A stretch of DNA of 63,976 bases, counting the filler, from Ministeria vibrans ATCC 50519 (lineage: Eukaryota > Protista > Filasterea): NCBI GenBank assembly GCA_943704425.1. It is 10 parts of 10 records of this genome, joined end to end, with 100 filler letters (N's around TTAATTAATTAA, not from the genome) between each part and the next. Parts side by side here need not be neighbours in the genome. Positions count along the whole stretch, not along the records: positions 1 to 12,839 come from CALSCP010001622.1; 9 more parts are not named here. One strand, written 5' to 3'. This document shows positions 1 to 12,839 of the stretch, piece after piece. Under the pieces are notes generated by a model. It had not been told where the DNA came from and did not search any database. It was given only the letters and a program-made list of their open reading frames with translations. Position 1 is the stretch's first letter. The number at the start of each line of letters is the position of its first letter. Both the position numbers and the translations under genes were made by a program.

Positions 1-107
<107 letters not shown>

Positions 108-199
108 CTATGGTTCTTTTTCCTCTCTATTATTTCATGTTCTTTCTCTCTTCTATCTCTTTTTCGTCCCCCCTCCCATTTCTTTCTCGTCTTCTTTAG

Positions 200-516
200 A
201 CCTCCCTCCGTTTGCTGAACAAGAAATGCCGTTCTCTGTGACGTATGAGCTGAAGAATGTGACTGAGCTTGTGCAAGAGGTTCTGATTGCAGTGGAGCCA
301 CACGAGTCGTTTGTGCTATCGGGAAACAAACTGATGCGCGTCAAAGTGTTACCCGATGCTACTTATTCGCTCTCGTATGTCCTTGTGCCGTTGCGCGCTG
401 GCCATTGCACTCTTCCTATCATCTCAATTCGCTCTGCTCGTCGCGGCACAGACATTGCCAATGGAGTCATGCCAAAGGGTCTCTTTGTGAAGCCTCACGC
501 GCGCATCAACCAATGA
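200..516 (+). CDS. TRAPPC11: TRAPP complex subunit 11, last exon (5'-partial)
   Basis: Exon follows a polypyrimidine tract and AG at 198-199. Translation DLPPFAEQEMPFSVTYELKNVTELVQEVLIAVEPHESFVLSGNKLMRVKVLP...VPLRAGHCTLP...MPKGLFVKP closely resembles the TRAPPC11 C-terminus as I recall it. Confidence 0.85.
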
Positions 517-851
517 AACGAAAAAAAAACAGAACTCATTATTACTAAGAAAAATAGTAAATAAACTGTTCTAATGGAGAAGAAACTCAAACAAGACAAT
601 TTTACAAAACAAAGAGCAGCACAATAAATTCCGTCATAGACTTCTCAACGAGAATGATTATTATTGTTATTAATTGTGACACTCTGAATAATCTGATCTC
701 TTGCTACTGAAACCCGAGTAATATTTGAGTTTCATACTCATGACTCAAAAGTCAGAGTCAATAATTCTCACTTTCTCACTCTGAGTCGCTGAGCACTCTG
801 GTCACTCACTCAGTCACTCACTTTCAGTTCTGACTACTTTGTCGTAACTTG

Positions 852-3587
852 ATGTCTTCATTGGTTTACAGCACACTGTCGGGGGGCGACGCGGGGCCGT
901 CGTCGGCAGGGGCGCCTGTGACTCCTGCCAAACGTGTGAAAACCACAACGCGAACTCCAGGATCAGTTTCGCGCACGGGAGCCGCCGCAGCGGCCGCCGG
1001 AACACCCAGTCGGGTGGGTCTTTTGGCAGCAGTCGCATCGCCGCTGCGCGCTGGGGGCTCCTTGGGCGATCGCGACATACGATTGCAGCGAGAAAACGAT
1101 GAGCTTCGTCGTCATGTGCTGGAACTGCGCAAGGAAGTCGAGGTCGAACGCCTCAAGGTGCGCCAGGCTCACCGCGAGAAAGTCCAGGAAGTGAAGCAGG
1201 TAAGAATGCTCCTACGCACAAGCGAAGAGTGACAGAAAAAGAGAAAAGAGAAAAGAAAAAAAAAAATCCGTTGTCAAGTGAAAAAAAAAAAGAAGAAAAA
1301 ATAGTGACTTGTCGCTGCGCTGGTCTTCCCTGGCCTTGCAAGTCACCCTACGTCGATTGTGGAGGCGGTTCTTCTTGGTGTGCACAGCTGGTTCTTTTTT
1401 TCCGTTTTTTCCAATTTCCTCTTCCTATTTTTTAATAATAATATTATTAGAATAATAACAGTTCTATAACATTTTTACAGACACTGATGGACTTGAGTTG
1501 TTTTGCATTTAGGCACGCGATGCGCTTCAAGACGAGAAGATGCAGGACTTGTTGGACATGGAGGAGCGGTATGCGGCGCGCAAGCGCAACCCACGAGCGG
1601 AAATGGCGCTGAAGGAGGAGATGAAGCGCGCGCACGAACATGCAAAGCGTCACAACGAAGAGCTGGCACGCGTAGCGGCCGCCGCCAAGGAAGCCGACGT
1701 CCAGGTAAAGCTTCTCAGCGATCTTGTGAACGATCAGCAGCGAGCGCGTGGCGATTTGGAGCGAGAGCGCGATCGGATGCGAGTCGACTTGGAGAACGCA
1801 CGCATGGAGACGGCGGATCTGCGCAAGCTGCTGGCCGAGACGGAGGCGGCGGCACGCAGCGCCGAAGACTCGGTCAAGGACACGTCCGAGGAGAGACAGG
1901 CGATTGAGGAGAGACACGACGCGGAGAAGCGCGAGGCGCAGGAGGCGTTTGTCAACGAGCGCGCTCGGGACGAGAAGACAATCAAGGAGCAGGCTTGGAA
2001 GATCAAGATGCTTGAGTCGGAGCTGGCCGACGCGCGTGTGGCGAGATCACGGCCCGTGTCGCGCCAAAAGAGCTACACGAGCGAACTGGAGCCACCGATG
2101 GAGAGCGCAGCGGACCCACGAGTGCTCGAGCTGGAGAAGAAGTGTGCGCGACTGGAGACAACCAACGAGCGAGTGCGCTCGGACCTGGCCGAGGCACATC
2201 GACAGGCAGCCGTGCTGAAGAAACAGGCGCAAAGCGCCGAGGAGCGCGCAGCGGCTGCGACCGTCGCAGTAACTGCGGCACAGGCAGAGGCAACCAAGGC
2301 GAAGGCGCTGGCAGCGAGTGCCACGAGCCCAAGCAAGACGTCGTTGTCGTCGGCTGAAGCACCACCACCTTTGCCGCCCAAGGCGAACGGCGCAACAAAC
2401 GACGAGTTGAAGCAACTGCGCGAACAACACGCGGTGTTGGTCAAAGAACAGCTGGCGGAACAGCGCCACTACACACAAGTGCATGCACAGTTGAAGAAGA
2501 CGCGCGAGCAAGAGCGGGTGCTCAGTGCGCGTGTGAGCGAGTTGGAGTCGCAGATCTCGGGCAAGGCAAGCGAGCTTGAGCGAGCACATATGACGCAGGA
2601 GGAAACGCTCGAGGCACTGGCGGTGGCTCGTGAGGAGCGCGACCGTGCAATGGAGAGTGAAGTGGCATTGCGCGAGGAGTTGGAGCGATGGAAGGCGAAG
2701 GGGGTGGAGCGCGAACATCATGGTGATGATGAGGATGATGATGATAGTATGGAGATTGTTGATGCGGCAGTGGAGGAAACGGACAAGGAAGAGGTCACGT
2801 TGGAGGATGTGCCCATTGTTGTGTCGGCGGTATTCCCGGCAATTACACCGGTGGAAGAGGAAGAGTACGATGATGATGAGGAGGACGAAGATAAGGAAAA
2901 GGAGACGGAGACGAAGGAGAAGGAGACGGAGGAGGAGGTGACGGTAAAGAAGAGTGACGTTGAAGAAAAGGGAAAGAAGAGTGACGTTGAAGAAGAGGGA
3001 AAGAAGAAGGGGGTGAAAGAGGAGGAGAAGCAAGAGGAGGAAGAGGAGGAGGAAAAAGCGGTGGCTGTGTCGGCGGGTGCACCCACAGCAGCCACTACAA
3101 CGAATGTGTTTACGTCGGGCTTTGACTCGGACGGCGATGACTTAGGCGACATGCACTTTCTTGACGATGATTTTGAGTTGCCGATAGAGTCGGGCATGGC
3201 CGCGGGGAGTGAGAGCGGATTAAGCCTGAAAAAGCCGGTGGAGCGCGTGGCGGTGATCCAGAAGGAGAAGAAAGAGGAGGAGAGAGCGCGCACCATTGCA
3301 GGACAGCAGGAGGCTATCAAGATTCTTAAGAACCGGTCGGTTGAGTCACTGTTGCGCACCGAAGCAAGTGCGCTGAGTGGCGATGCAATGGGCTCACAGC
3401 GCTCGATGACAGTCCCTGAGGGTGCCTCCAAGGCACTCTTTGTGGCGCTCTACGACTATGACCCACTGACCATGTCGCCGAATGAGGATGCAGAAGAGGA
3501 GCTGGCCATGACACAGGGAGACTACCTCATAGTGTTTGGTACGAAGGGAAGGGAAGGGAAGACGAGAGAAACACTGAACTCTTCTGA

Positions 3588-3685
<98 letters not shown>

Positions 3686-4603
3686 GTGAGCGAGTATGTC
3701 AGGGGAGGAGGGCGACTATCTCTTCGCTCAGTGGGACGTACTTCAACTGTGCGCATCATCATGCAGAGACGAAGGTACTCGCGCGACACGCCGTACGCAT
3801 CGCCACTCAAACCCAACTGCACACACAACAAACCCATGGTCAATCACCAACTAACTAAAGTAACAGTCAGACAGAAAGACAAACACGTACAAGACCGACA
3901 TCGGAGAAGAGAGCATAGCAGTCGTAGCCAGACGGACACTTGATCCACGCATACCCCCCGTGGTCGTACTCATGTGCATTGGTCAGCACAAACCCTCGTT
4001 CAGTTGCACGCGCGTTAAACAGCCCGATGAGCCGCACAAACTGACGGGCCATGTGACCCCGAGTGAACGCAAAGTAGTCGGCTGAACGCCCACGCAACGA
4101 CTGAAGCAGATCCAACAGGCGCAACTGTGTGTCGATCGACACTCCCAACGTCTCCTCCTTCACATATTCGCGCATCAGGCCAGCAAACCCACTGTCCTCC
4201 ACAAACGCCCATCCCTACAAACAAATAGAGCATGTTCCATGAGTCTCTCTACCACTGTTCACCTCTGTCACTTTCCCCTCCTCCATTCACTTTGTTTCAT
4301 TCTCCCTCCTATTCTCTTTCTCATTCCTCTCTCTATAACTTTGTTGTAGCTTTGCTTCTTTCTACTCTCTCTCTCCCTCTCTCTATCACTTTGTTCCTTT
4401 CTATCTCCTTTCTCTCACTTGTTCTCTCTCTCTATCACTTTGTTTCTCTCACTCTCTCTCTATCACTTTGTTTCTCTCTCTCTCTATCACTTTGTTTCTC
4501 TCTCTATCACTTTGTTTCTCTCTCTCTCTCTATCACTTTGCTTCTCTCTCTATCACTTTGTTTCTCTCTCTCTCTATCACTTTGTTTCTCTCTCTCTATC
4601 ACT

Positions 4604-4697
<94 letters not shown>

Positions 4698-5050
4698 ATC
4701 ACCTGCTTCTTTCTTCTCTCACCCTGCTTACCATTCTAGAGCCGGCGTGTCCTGTCACTTTGGACGCGGAAAAGACCATGACAGGCTGGTTGAGCAGCGA
4801 CACATTGGTGAAGTGAGGCCAGTGATAGACACAGTCGAAGAGCGTGGCGTTGCGCGATGGATCCTTGGAAATGGGCCATCGCAAGCGCCCGTCCGGATTG
4901 TTTGGGTGTGTGACAATCTCAACCGTGTTCGGCGCATCTGGAGTTGCGTCTGCGTTCCACTCCGATCGCTTCTCGCGACCGTCATCCGCAGAGTACAGAG
5001 TCGTAGATGCCTGCCACGGATACCTATGCAGAACAAAAGTGTCACCCTCC

Positions 5051-5100
<50 letters not shown>

Positions 5101-5110
5101 NNNNNNNNNN

Positions 5111-5187
<77 letters not shown>

Positions 5188-6673
5188 CGTGTAGGTGAGA
5201 TGACGGACGATGGGTTTTACTTGGGACAGAATCGGGACGGCAAACGAGGGTTTATCCCCAGTAACTTTGTGGAGGAGTGCACGGGAGCTAAAGGAGAGAG
5301 ATTGCTGGCAGAGATGGAGGAAGAGCACGGAGAAGCGAAGAAGGAGATGCAAGCGATGGCTAAGACTGAGACTGGTGAGGTTTTTGTATTGTTTGGCGGA
5401 CAACTAAAACAACAATAATTATATTTTGTATTTTTAGTGTCCGCTGAGAAGCCGAAGGAGGAAAAAGCAGCGACAACGGAGGAAGATGACAAAAAGGAGA
5501 CAGTACGACTGTTTCGTGCTTTGTACCCGTATGATCCAAAGACGGACTCGCCCAATGAGAATCCGGAAGAGGAATTGACACTCACAGAGGGAGAAACGTT
5601 GCACATTATCGGACAAATCAATGAGGTAATATTATTATTATTATTATAATAATAATTTTATTACATTTTTATTATTACAACAATTATTATCATAAATATT
5701 TATGCGTGTGTGTTGACAAACGTACACACATGAGAGTGAGTGAGTGAGTGAGTGAGTGAATGAGTGAAAATGACTGAGTATTGTTGATATAGGACGGATT
5801 TTTTGTGTGCGAGCGACGAGGAAAAGTGGGGTTTGTGCCGTCGAATTACGTTGAAGAGATTCAGAAGGAGAAGGAGGGAGAGAGTAGCGCGGGTGTTTTT
5901 ATTGACGGAGGCACCATCAATCCTGTCGCTAAGCCAACAACCCCTCAAGGTGAGCTGATGATGTCTTTGAGATTATTTTTCTTGTTTTTACAAAATGGTG
6001 GTGTTGTACAGCTGAGCCTCTGTCGCGCAAGGAAAGCGATGCTGCGTCGTCGACGGGAGCAACGCCTGCGCGTGCAGTGACACCCGGGCTGGCAGCAGCA
6101 GCAGCGGCAGCGGCTGCAGCGGAGGCGGCTGCAGAGGCAGAGAAGGCGAAAAAGCGGGCGATGGCGGCGGAGGCGGCGGCGGACAAGAAGGGCAAGAGGA
6201 AGGAGAGGGTCGCGGGAGATGATGGCAAGTCGGGTGTAGGGGGCATTCATGGGCTGCGTCGCATGATTGCTCTGTTTGACTATGATCCCAAGACCATGTC
6301 GCCAAATGAGGAGCCTGAGCACGAGCTGGCGTTCAAGGAAGGCGATCATGTGTACCTGCTGTCGCCCCTGCATGAGGACGGCTACTTCGACGCACGTGTG
6401 GGCAACCGTGTGGGTCTAGTGCCGTCCAATTTCCTGGGCGACCCCGAAGCGGGCAAGGCCCACTCGAGTGGGAACATAGATGGCCACGCGACACCGAGTG
6501 ACGTGCGCTCGGTTGACATGAGTACCGACGGCGAAGGGGAGGGTGGCAGCAGCACGGGCGGGCGCAAAGAGAAGCGACGCCGGTCGCTCATGGGCAAGCT
6601 TAAGAGTGGCATTAACAAGCTGAAGCGAAAGAAGAGCGGCATGAGTGCGGGAACGGGCGGAACGGATGAGTGA
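852..6673 (+). CDS. RIMS-binding-protein-like scaffold: long coiled coil, acidic region, three SH3 domains; approximate exons 852-1199, 1513-3538, 5195-5373, 5438-5625, 5793-5949, 6012-6673
   Basis: Three SH3 domains carry the RIM-BP-type insertion: ALYDYDPLTMSPNEDAEEEL, ALYPYDPKTDSPNENPEEEL, ALFDYDPKTMSPNEEPEHEL, each ending G(F/L)(I/V)PSN. GT-AG boundaries of the first three exons checked in frame; later boundaries are approximate. No FN3 domains seen. Confidence 0.75.
3742..5023 (-). CDS. TAA1/TAR/alliinase-family PLP-dependent enzyme, three internal exons (5023-4732, 4214-3891, 3816-3742); both ends missing
   Basis: Spliced translation gives VEIVTHPNNPDG, FDCVYHWPHFT, VMVFSASKVTGHAGSRM|GWAFVED, TLGVSIDTQLR, YAWIKC, LGLSGDAYG...YLRLCMM. 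These match TAA1/alliinase motifs (IELVTSPNNPDG, DxAYYWPHYT, SKxTGHAGSRIGWA containing the PLP lysine). Confidence 0.85.
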
Positions 6674-7101
6674 GGGGCGTTGTTTGTGTGTGTCTTTGTG
6701 GTGTCTGTGTGTGGTGTTTGTGTGTTTCTTTGTGATGTCTGTGTGTGTGTCTGTGTCTGTGTCAGATGGGTGGGTCAAAGAGAGAACTGGTTTTGTTGTT
6801 GGTTGTTTTCTTTGATTGAAAGAAGACAAAGGAGCGAAAATAACTCACAAAGTTATAGATATAATCATAGTAATAAAGTGAAAGGTTTAAGAAATAATAC
6901 AAAATATAAGAGCATTAAAATGCTTTCGTCCTAAGCTAACAACACCAAGAAGAAATTTAGAAGCTGGAGCGCCCATGCAAGTGATGCACCCTAATATAAT
7001 AATAAAAACAGTTCGTTCACATGAATTTTACATAGTTGTGTTTACATTGAGTCAGCTCATTTATTTTCTCTTATTATATTAATTATTTCATTAATTTTGC
7101 A

Positions 7102-8859
7102 ATGTGCAGCTTCTTTATGATCACCTCGCTGCTCAGTGCGGCTGTGGTGCATGATCTCAATGTGAAAATGGCGTTGCGAGGGCCTGATCTGACGCATGTC
7201 GAGGAGATTGCGGGCATGACCTTTGTGCACAACTTGCTGCACATTACGGGAAAGGTGGGGCGTCCTTCGTGACAGGCGCCCAGCCAGCACCATTGTATCT
7301 GATACAGCTTGCAAAAATAGAAAACACCGCAGCCGTTTGTCGAGCGTGTTGATGGCGAGGCGGTCGTTGTTGCGCTGTTCAACGGCGAGATCTACAACTT
7401 TGAAGCGCTGCATTCGGAGGCACAGTCGGACGGCGAGGCCATCATTCCGGCCTATCGACGGTGGGGCGAGTCGTTTGCACAGCATCTTGATGGCGAGTTT
7501 GCCATTGTTCTGGTAAGACAGTGCTCTGCAAAAAATCCTAAACATACCATGATCATGTTTTAGGTTGATCTGACGCGAAACATTGTGATCACATCCAGCG
7601 ACGCGTTTGGCACCAAGCCCATGTGGTGGGCTATCGATGACGCCAATTTGCATCACGAGGGAACCAAGCTTGCTGTGGCGTCGCACCAAGGGGCGCTCTC
7701 GCCGTTGTTTATCAAGCCGGTTCATAGTGTGCGCGAGTGCAGTCCCAACACGATTGCGGTGTTTACTTTGAAACCGCGTCCTGCGCTGCTCCGCCAGTTC
7801 GCCACCCACACCTTTGAGCTGCGTCAATTTAAGACGGATATTGGCGACTGGCTGAGGGCGTTTGAAGAAGCTGTGCGCAAGCGTGTTCGCAACGTGCAGC
7901 GAAATGTGTTCGTGGGGCTCTCGAGCGGTCTTGACAGTGGTGCCATTGTAGTGGCACTCAGCCGCTTACAGAGTAAATTTTCCGCCCTGACTGTTGGTGG
8001 TCGTGAAAACATCACGGTAGTGGAGGAGCGCGTGGCGTGGGCGCGTGCCAGGGGAACGTTGCGAGAATTTCATTTGATTGACGCGTCGCGTGAGAAAACA
8101 AATGCGATTAGTCAACTCATTGGAAGGCGCTGCGAGCCATATGCGTATAATCGGACAGGCAGGTGGGATGGAGGTTTACGAGAGGTGATACGCGATGATG
8201 TGTCTGCTGCAGGACTGGCACTGGTTGCAGAGCACGCACGCGCGCACCAGCTGCTTATCTACATGTCGGGACATGGCGCGGATGAGATCATGTCCGACTA
8301 TGGCGTCCAGGGCACACCCTTGTTTCAGTTTAGTTCTCTCAACGGCACCTTTCCAGACGACCTTGCGTCCGTGTGGCCCTGGAACAACTTCTTCTACGGA
8401 GCCATGCATAACTTTTTGCGCCGCGAAGAGCACATTGCGGGTTGCTTTGGCATTGAGGCGCGCTTTCCCTTTCTCGATCCCACCGTCGTCCAGGAGTTTC
8501 TCTCGCTCACCCCCACCCTGAAAAACACCGCATACAAGACCCCCGTGCAGTGGTATTTGCGGCGTCACTCGTTCCCGTCCGATTTTACCCACAAGATTGG
8601 AATGTGGCCGGCTAATTCGTTTGCTTCCGAGTCTACCGTCCGCGAGTTTTCGTCGGGCGAGCGCGAGCACACATTGAGCAGCGAAAATAACAACGGAGAA
8701 GAAGAAAAACAAGTGTTTACATCAAGCGCGCGTGTTTCTCTCTTGCATGTGCCTCTAGTGGTGTTTGTCGTCGCTCTGGTTGCTCTGTTGGCGTTGCTGT
8801 CGCGTCGCTTTCGCTTTTTCGTGCGTCGAATGTGTCCAACGAAGTCTTTTGTCACTTGA
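7102..8859 (+). CDS. Asparagine synthetase-like protein (Ntn glutamine amidotransferase + synthetase domain) with C-terminal hydrophobic helix; exons about 7102-7254, 7321-7512, 7564-8859
   Basis: Starts MCSF (Cys2 nucleophile). Contains RGPD, FNGEIYN, LDGEFA, DAFGTKP, LSSGLDSG (PP-loop), SGHGADE and EARFPFLD. Confidence 0.85.
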
Positions 8860-8952
8860 ATATATACAAGTATTTGGTATTAAAATTGTATATTATTAAT
8901 CACGAAAAAACATAATAGTATTGGATGTAATAATGAACAATTTAATTAAGGT

Positions 8953-11623
8953 TTACTTTACTTTGACTTTTTTGCTCTTGTACTTGTACGGCTTGAAGTC
9001 GTCGTCTTCGTCATCATCGCCTGTTTTGCGTCGTTTGGGTTTCTTGACGGGTTTCTTTGATTTGATAGGTGATTGTGATTGTGGTTGTTGTGGTTGTTGA
9101 AGTTGTTGTGGTGGCGGGGGAGGGAGCAGCGGGAGTTCCGGAGGGAGATGGGAGAGCAAGAGAGGATTGGAGGAGTGGAAGGGAAGGGGGGTGAAGGTGG
9201 AGAAGAGTGTTGGTGTGGGTGTCGTTTCCTGTGGTTGCTGTTGAGGAGGAGGAAGGAAGGTGGGAGGGGCTGTCATGGCAGTGAGGTGAGAGAGGACAGT
9301 GGAAGGGGGAGGGGAGGTGGGAGGGGCTGCCATGGTGGTGAGGTGAGGGAGAACAGTGGGAGGGGGAGGGGAGGTGGGAGGGGCTGCCATGGTGGTGAGG
9401 TGAGGGAGAACATTTGCAGAGGGAGGGGCAGTGACTGGCGTCTCTTGTGGTGCTTGTTCTGTCTCAGGTGCCTTGATACCGGAGAGACGTGCGGATCGAG
9501 CAGAGCGTGAATGGTTGTGGTTGTAGACGCGCGAGTAGTCATCTTCAACAATGCGCGTCGAATCCACCGACGACGCCGTCGCAGAGAAGAACTCAAAGTC
9601 ATCATCGTCATCATAGCGAACAGCAGCAGCGGCACTGGCATTGCGTGCACCACGACCGCGCAGCACATTGGCAACACCCGTGGGCTCCCCCAAACTGTTG
9701 CTACTGCCCTCCAGACCATTCTCATATGCTGCACTCTGACGCGGCGTCATCGAATTTACAACTCCTACCCGCTCGCGTTTCGGTTTGGGTGCTCGCTGAC
9801 GAGTGGTCAGTGGCTCACCCGCACTCTCTCTGCGTCGCAGTTCCTTCAGTGCATTCCCATCTCGATAGGGCAGTCCCGTCGCCGGATCACGGTACTTTGC
9901 AAGCTCCCCAGTCACAGCACACACACGCACACTCTCATCCGGATCTAAACACAGGGAAGAGGAAGGTAAGAGAGAGAGAAATAAGAAAGAAAAAGGAGGG
10001 AGAAAGAAAAAAAGTGATAGATAGAAAAAGAGGAGAAAGCAACACAGTAATAGAGAGAAAGAGAGAAGAAACAAACACTGATAGAAGAGAAAGAGAGGAG
10101 AAAGAAACACAGTGATAGAGAGAAAGAAAGGCGAAAAAACACTGATAGAGAGAAAGAGATTTTGAGAGAGAGATAGATAGTTTGAGAGAGAGAAAGATAG
10201 TTTGAGAGAGAGAGAGAGAAGAAGAAGAAGAAGAAGAAGAAGAAGAAGAAGAAGAAGAAGAAGAAGAGGAAGACACAAAGCGATAGAAAGAGAGAAAGAT
10301 GATAGGAAGAGAGGAGGGAGAGTCGTACAGGGAAGAGGATTGGGTGCTGGAAAGTAACTGGAGCGCCACTCTTCGTCTGGAATCTGCACAAAGGTCACGA
10401 CAGAGCGCATAGCGCGCTCACCCGTCTCACTTTGCTCCGCAAACGACGAATGATTCACCAAAGGTCCAACGTACCTAAGGCAAAAAAGAAACATGCATCA
10501 CAGTCGAGAGTTCAGATTACACTTTTAGAAAAGGGAAGCCTCGTATCAATTACCGTTTTTTGACGACTTTTTGGGCCTTTTTGCGAGCCTCTTCAAGCTG
10601 TTCAAAAGCAGCGAGGCTCTTTTGGTTAAGGACTTCTGTCTTCTTTGCCTCGCGCAGTCGGTCCTCTTGCGTCATTTCACGCTCAACGATTCGCTTTTTA
10701 CGGGGTTTTTGCTATACGAAAGAGACAAGAGAATGAGAAAATGAGGGGCGGAAGAAAGAACAATCGAGATGAAATGAATAAAGAAAAAACAAAGGGATAG
10801 AAGGGAGAAAGAAACAAAGTGATAGAGAGGGAGAGAGAAGAGAGAAAGAAACAAAGTGATAGAGAGAGGGAGAGAGGAGAGAGAAAGAAACAAAGTGATA
10901 GAGAGAGGGAGAGAGGAGGGAAAAAGAAACAAAGTGATAGAGAGAGAAAGAAACAAAGTGATAGAGAGAGGAGAAAGAACAAAGTGATAGAGATAGAAAG
11001 AAACAAAGTGATAGAGAGAGGGAGAAAGAGAGAAAGGGGGCAGAAAGAATCAAAGTGGTAGAAAGAGAGACTACCTTGAGAGCGCGTTCTTCTTGCATTT
11101 CGCGGACGGCCGTCGAGCGACTCACAGTGGTGTGTCGACGGGCAATGTGGTAGTCGCCACTCTCTCCCTCTTCCTGTTGTTGTTGCTTTGATGACTTGGG
11201 CGGACGACCGCGCTTGCGTGGAGTCGCTGTGTCGGGGGTAGAGGCGCTCTCCTTGAACTGCTGTCCGGCAGCAGCAGCGGCCATTTCCAGCGTGCGACGC
11301 GGCGCAGACGCAGACGCAGACGCCATATTGGCACGTCGTTTCTTCAGCAGCGGATCGACATAGCCACCGCGTTGCGCACGTTCCTGCTCGAGCTCTTCGC
11401 GACGCAGCTCCTTCTCGCGCCGCTGCACTCCTGCCTCTTCATCGTCGTCGTCCGCTTCGTTCTGATCCTAAGCGCAACACCACACACATATAAAAAATAA
11501 AATGATACTCATATTTTGATCATTGAAACGAGCAAACACCATCGCCCCACGGCGTACCTCTGGGATGTCAAAGTCCGAGTCAACCTCATCGTCGTCCTCT
11601 AAGGCGTTAAAAGGAGAAGAAGA

Positions 11624-11689
<66 letters not shown>

Positions 11690-11987
11690 GAGAGAGAGAG
11701 AGAAGAAAGAGTCAAAGTACCGTCTTCAGATGAATAATCGTCGTCTTCCTCTTCCTCGTCAAACCCACCATACAGATCCTTGTAGACCTCGTCCTCTTCC
11801 ATGTTGTCCAGCAGCTGATTCATCCTGTATGGCAAAGAGAGACGCATATGAGAGGTGAGACACAAAAACACATTTTAGAGTACTTTCGGCCGGCACCAGC
11901 GCGGCGCTCGCGTCCCTGCACGAGCATTTCAACAGAGATGGTGCTCGAGGCGTCGTCGCTTTCGCTCTCGTAATCGTCGGAAGACAT
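8953..11987 (-). CDS. VPS72: VPS72/YL1 (SWR1/SRCAP H2A.Z chaperone), multi-exon
   Basis: N-terminal RERRAGAG...MNQLLD...YGGFDEEEEDDDY, DEVDSDFDIPE, GGYVDP, TQEDRLREAKKTEVLNQKSL and the YL1_C motif CAVTGELAKYRDPATGLPY. Confidence 0.92.
9255..9415 (-). repeat. 57-bp coding tandem repeat, about 3 copies (VLPHLTTMAAPPTSPPPPT), in the VPS72 C-terminal tail
   Basis: The 19-aa repeat is visible in the translation and as repeated ggaggggctgccatggtggtgaggtgagggagaaca on the + strand. Confidence 0.8.
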
Positions 11988-12472
11988 CGCAAATAATGAT
12001 TTGAAAATGAAGAATTTAGAAGACTGATAATAATTATTCATATCGGTGTGCACATCATAGCGAAAAGGAAATTTTCGTGTCTGTTTGGGATCTTGGCGTA
12101 AATTTGACTCCGATTAATCGCGTTATCAGTTGACCCCTGTCTACCTCTACATTACACGTCACCATGCACTCATTGCACTCCACATTGGAACACTTCAGAG
12201 GAGTACTAATGGACTCGTTCGATTATTTGTTATGAGGGACCGTACAATATTGATCATTATACATGTAAACACAAAGTAAACACCCGTTTTCTTCCGTTCG
12301 TACACATAAGAGTCGTCTCACTCGTCTGTGCGCCAATTTCCCACCGGGACAGTCTAGCACCAAATGCTAATGTTTGTGGAGAAGCAGACACGTTACCTTC
12401 TTCTCAATCCCTCAACAACAAAATGAATACTAATACTAATAATAATAAGAATAAGAATAAGAATAAGAATAA

Positions 12473-12517
<45 letters not shown>

Positions 12518-12523
12518 AAAATT

Positions 12524-12839
12524 TTATTGCGTTGCCCACCTTTGAAACAAGGCAGGCACTTTCTCATGCTCATACAAAATGCTCAGTTCTCTCTCAATCG
12601 CACTCTCACTCTTTCCCTCTCGCATCATTGCACTCCGTACATTACAACTGTACACACTCTTCCAGGTCGACGCCAACACAGCGGGAGTGAACAACGCAGA
12701 GTGACGGCCGCGCAGGTGTTTGCGCAGACTGCCCGCCTCGGACACGGATTGCGAGCAGATGGCACATCGAGTGCGATACACACTTAGCACATGATAAATG
12801 CCAAAATGACCACTCACATTCCTCTTTGTGAATGGTGCA
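12524..12839 (-). CDS. Fragment of a C2H2 zinc-finger-containing protein at the contig end
   Basis: CAICSQSVSEAGSLRKHLRGRH fits C-x2-C-x12-H-x4-H. Gene structure not resolved. Confidence 0.45.

Noticed and set aside
4232-4816. Long ORFs of LSLSLS, ERERER or VCVCVC (also near 9935, 10700, 15860, 24300, 29900, 38020, 52500, 55300)
   Set aside because: These are translations of intronic microsatellites, not proteins.
12060-12420. Possible ncRNA upstream of VPS72
   Set aside because: No recognisable snRNA, snoRNA or tRNA motifs; it may hold small exons of the neighbouring zinc-finger gene.
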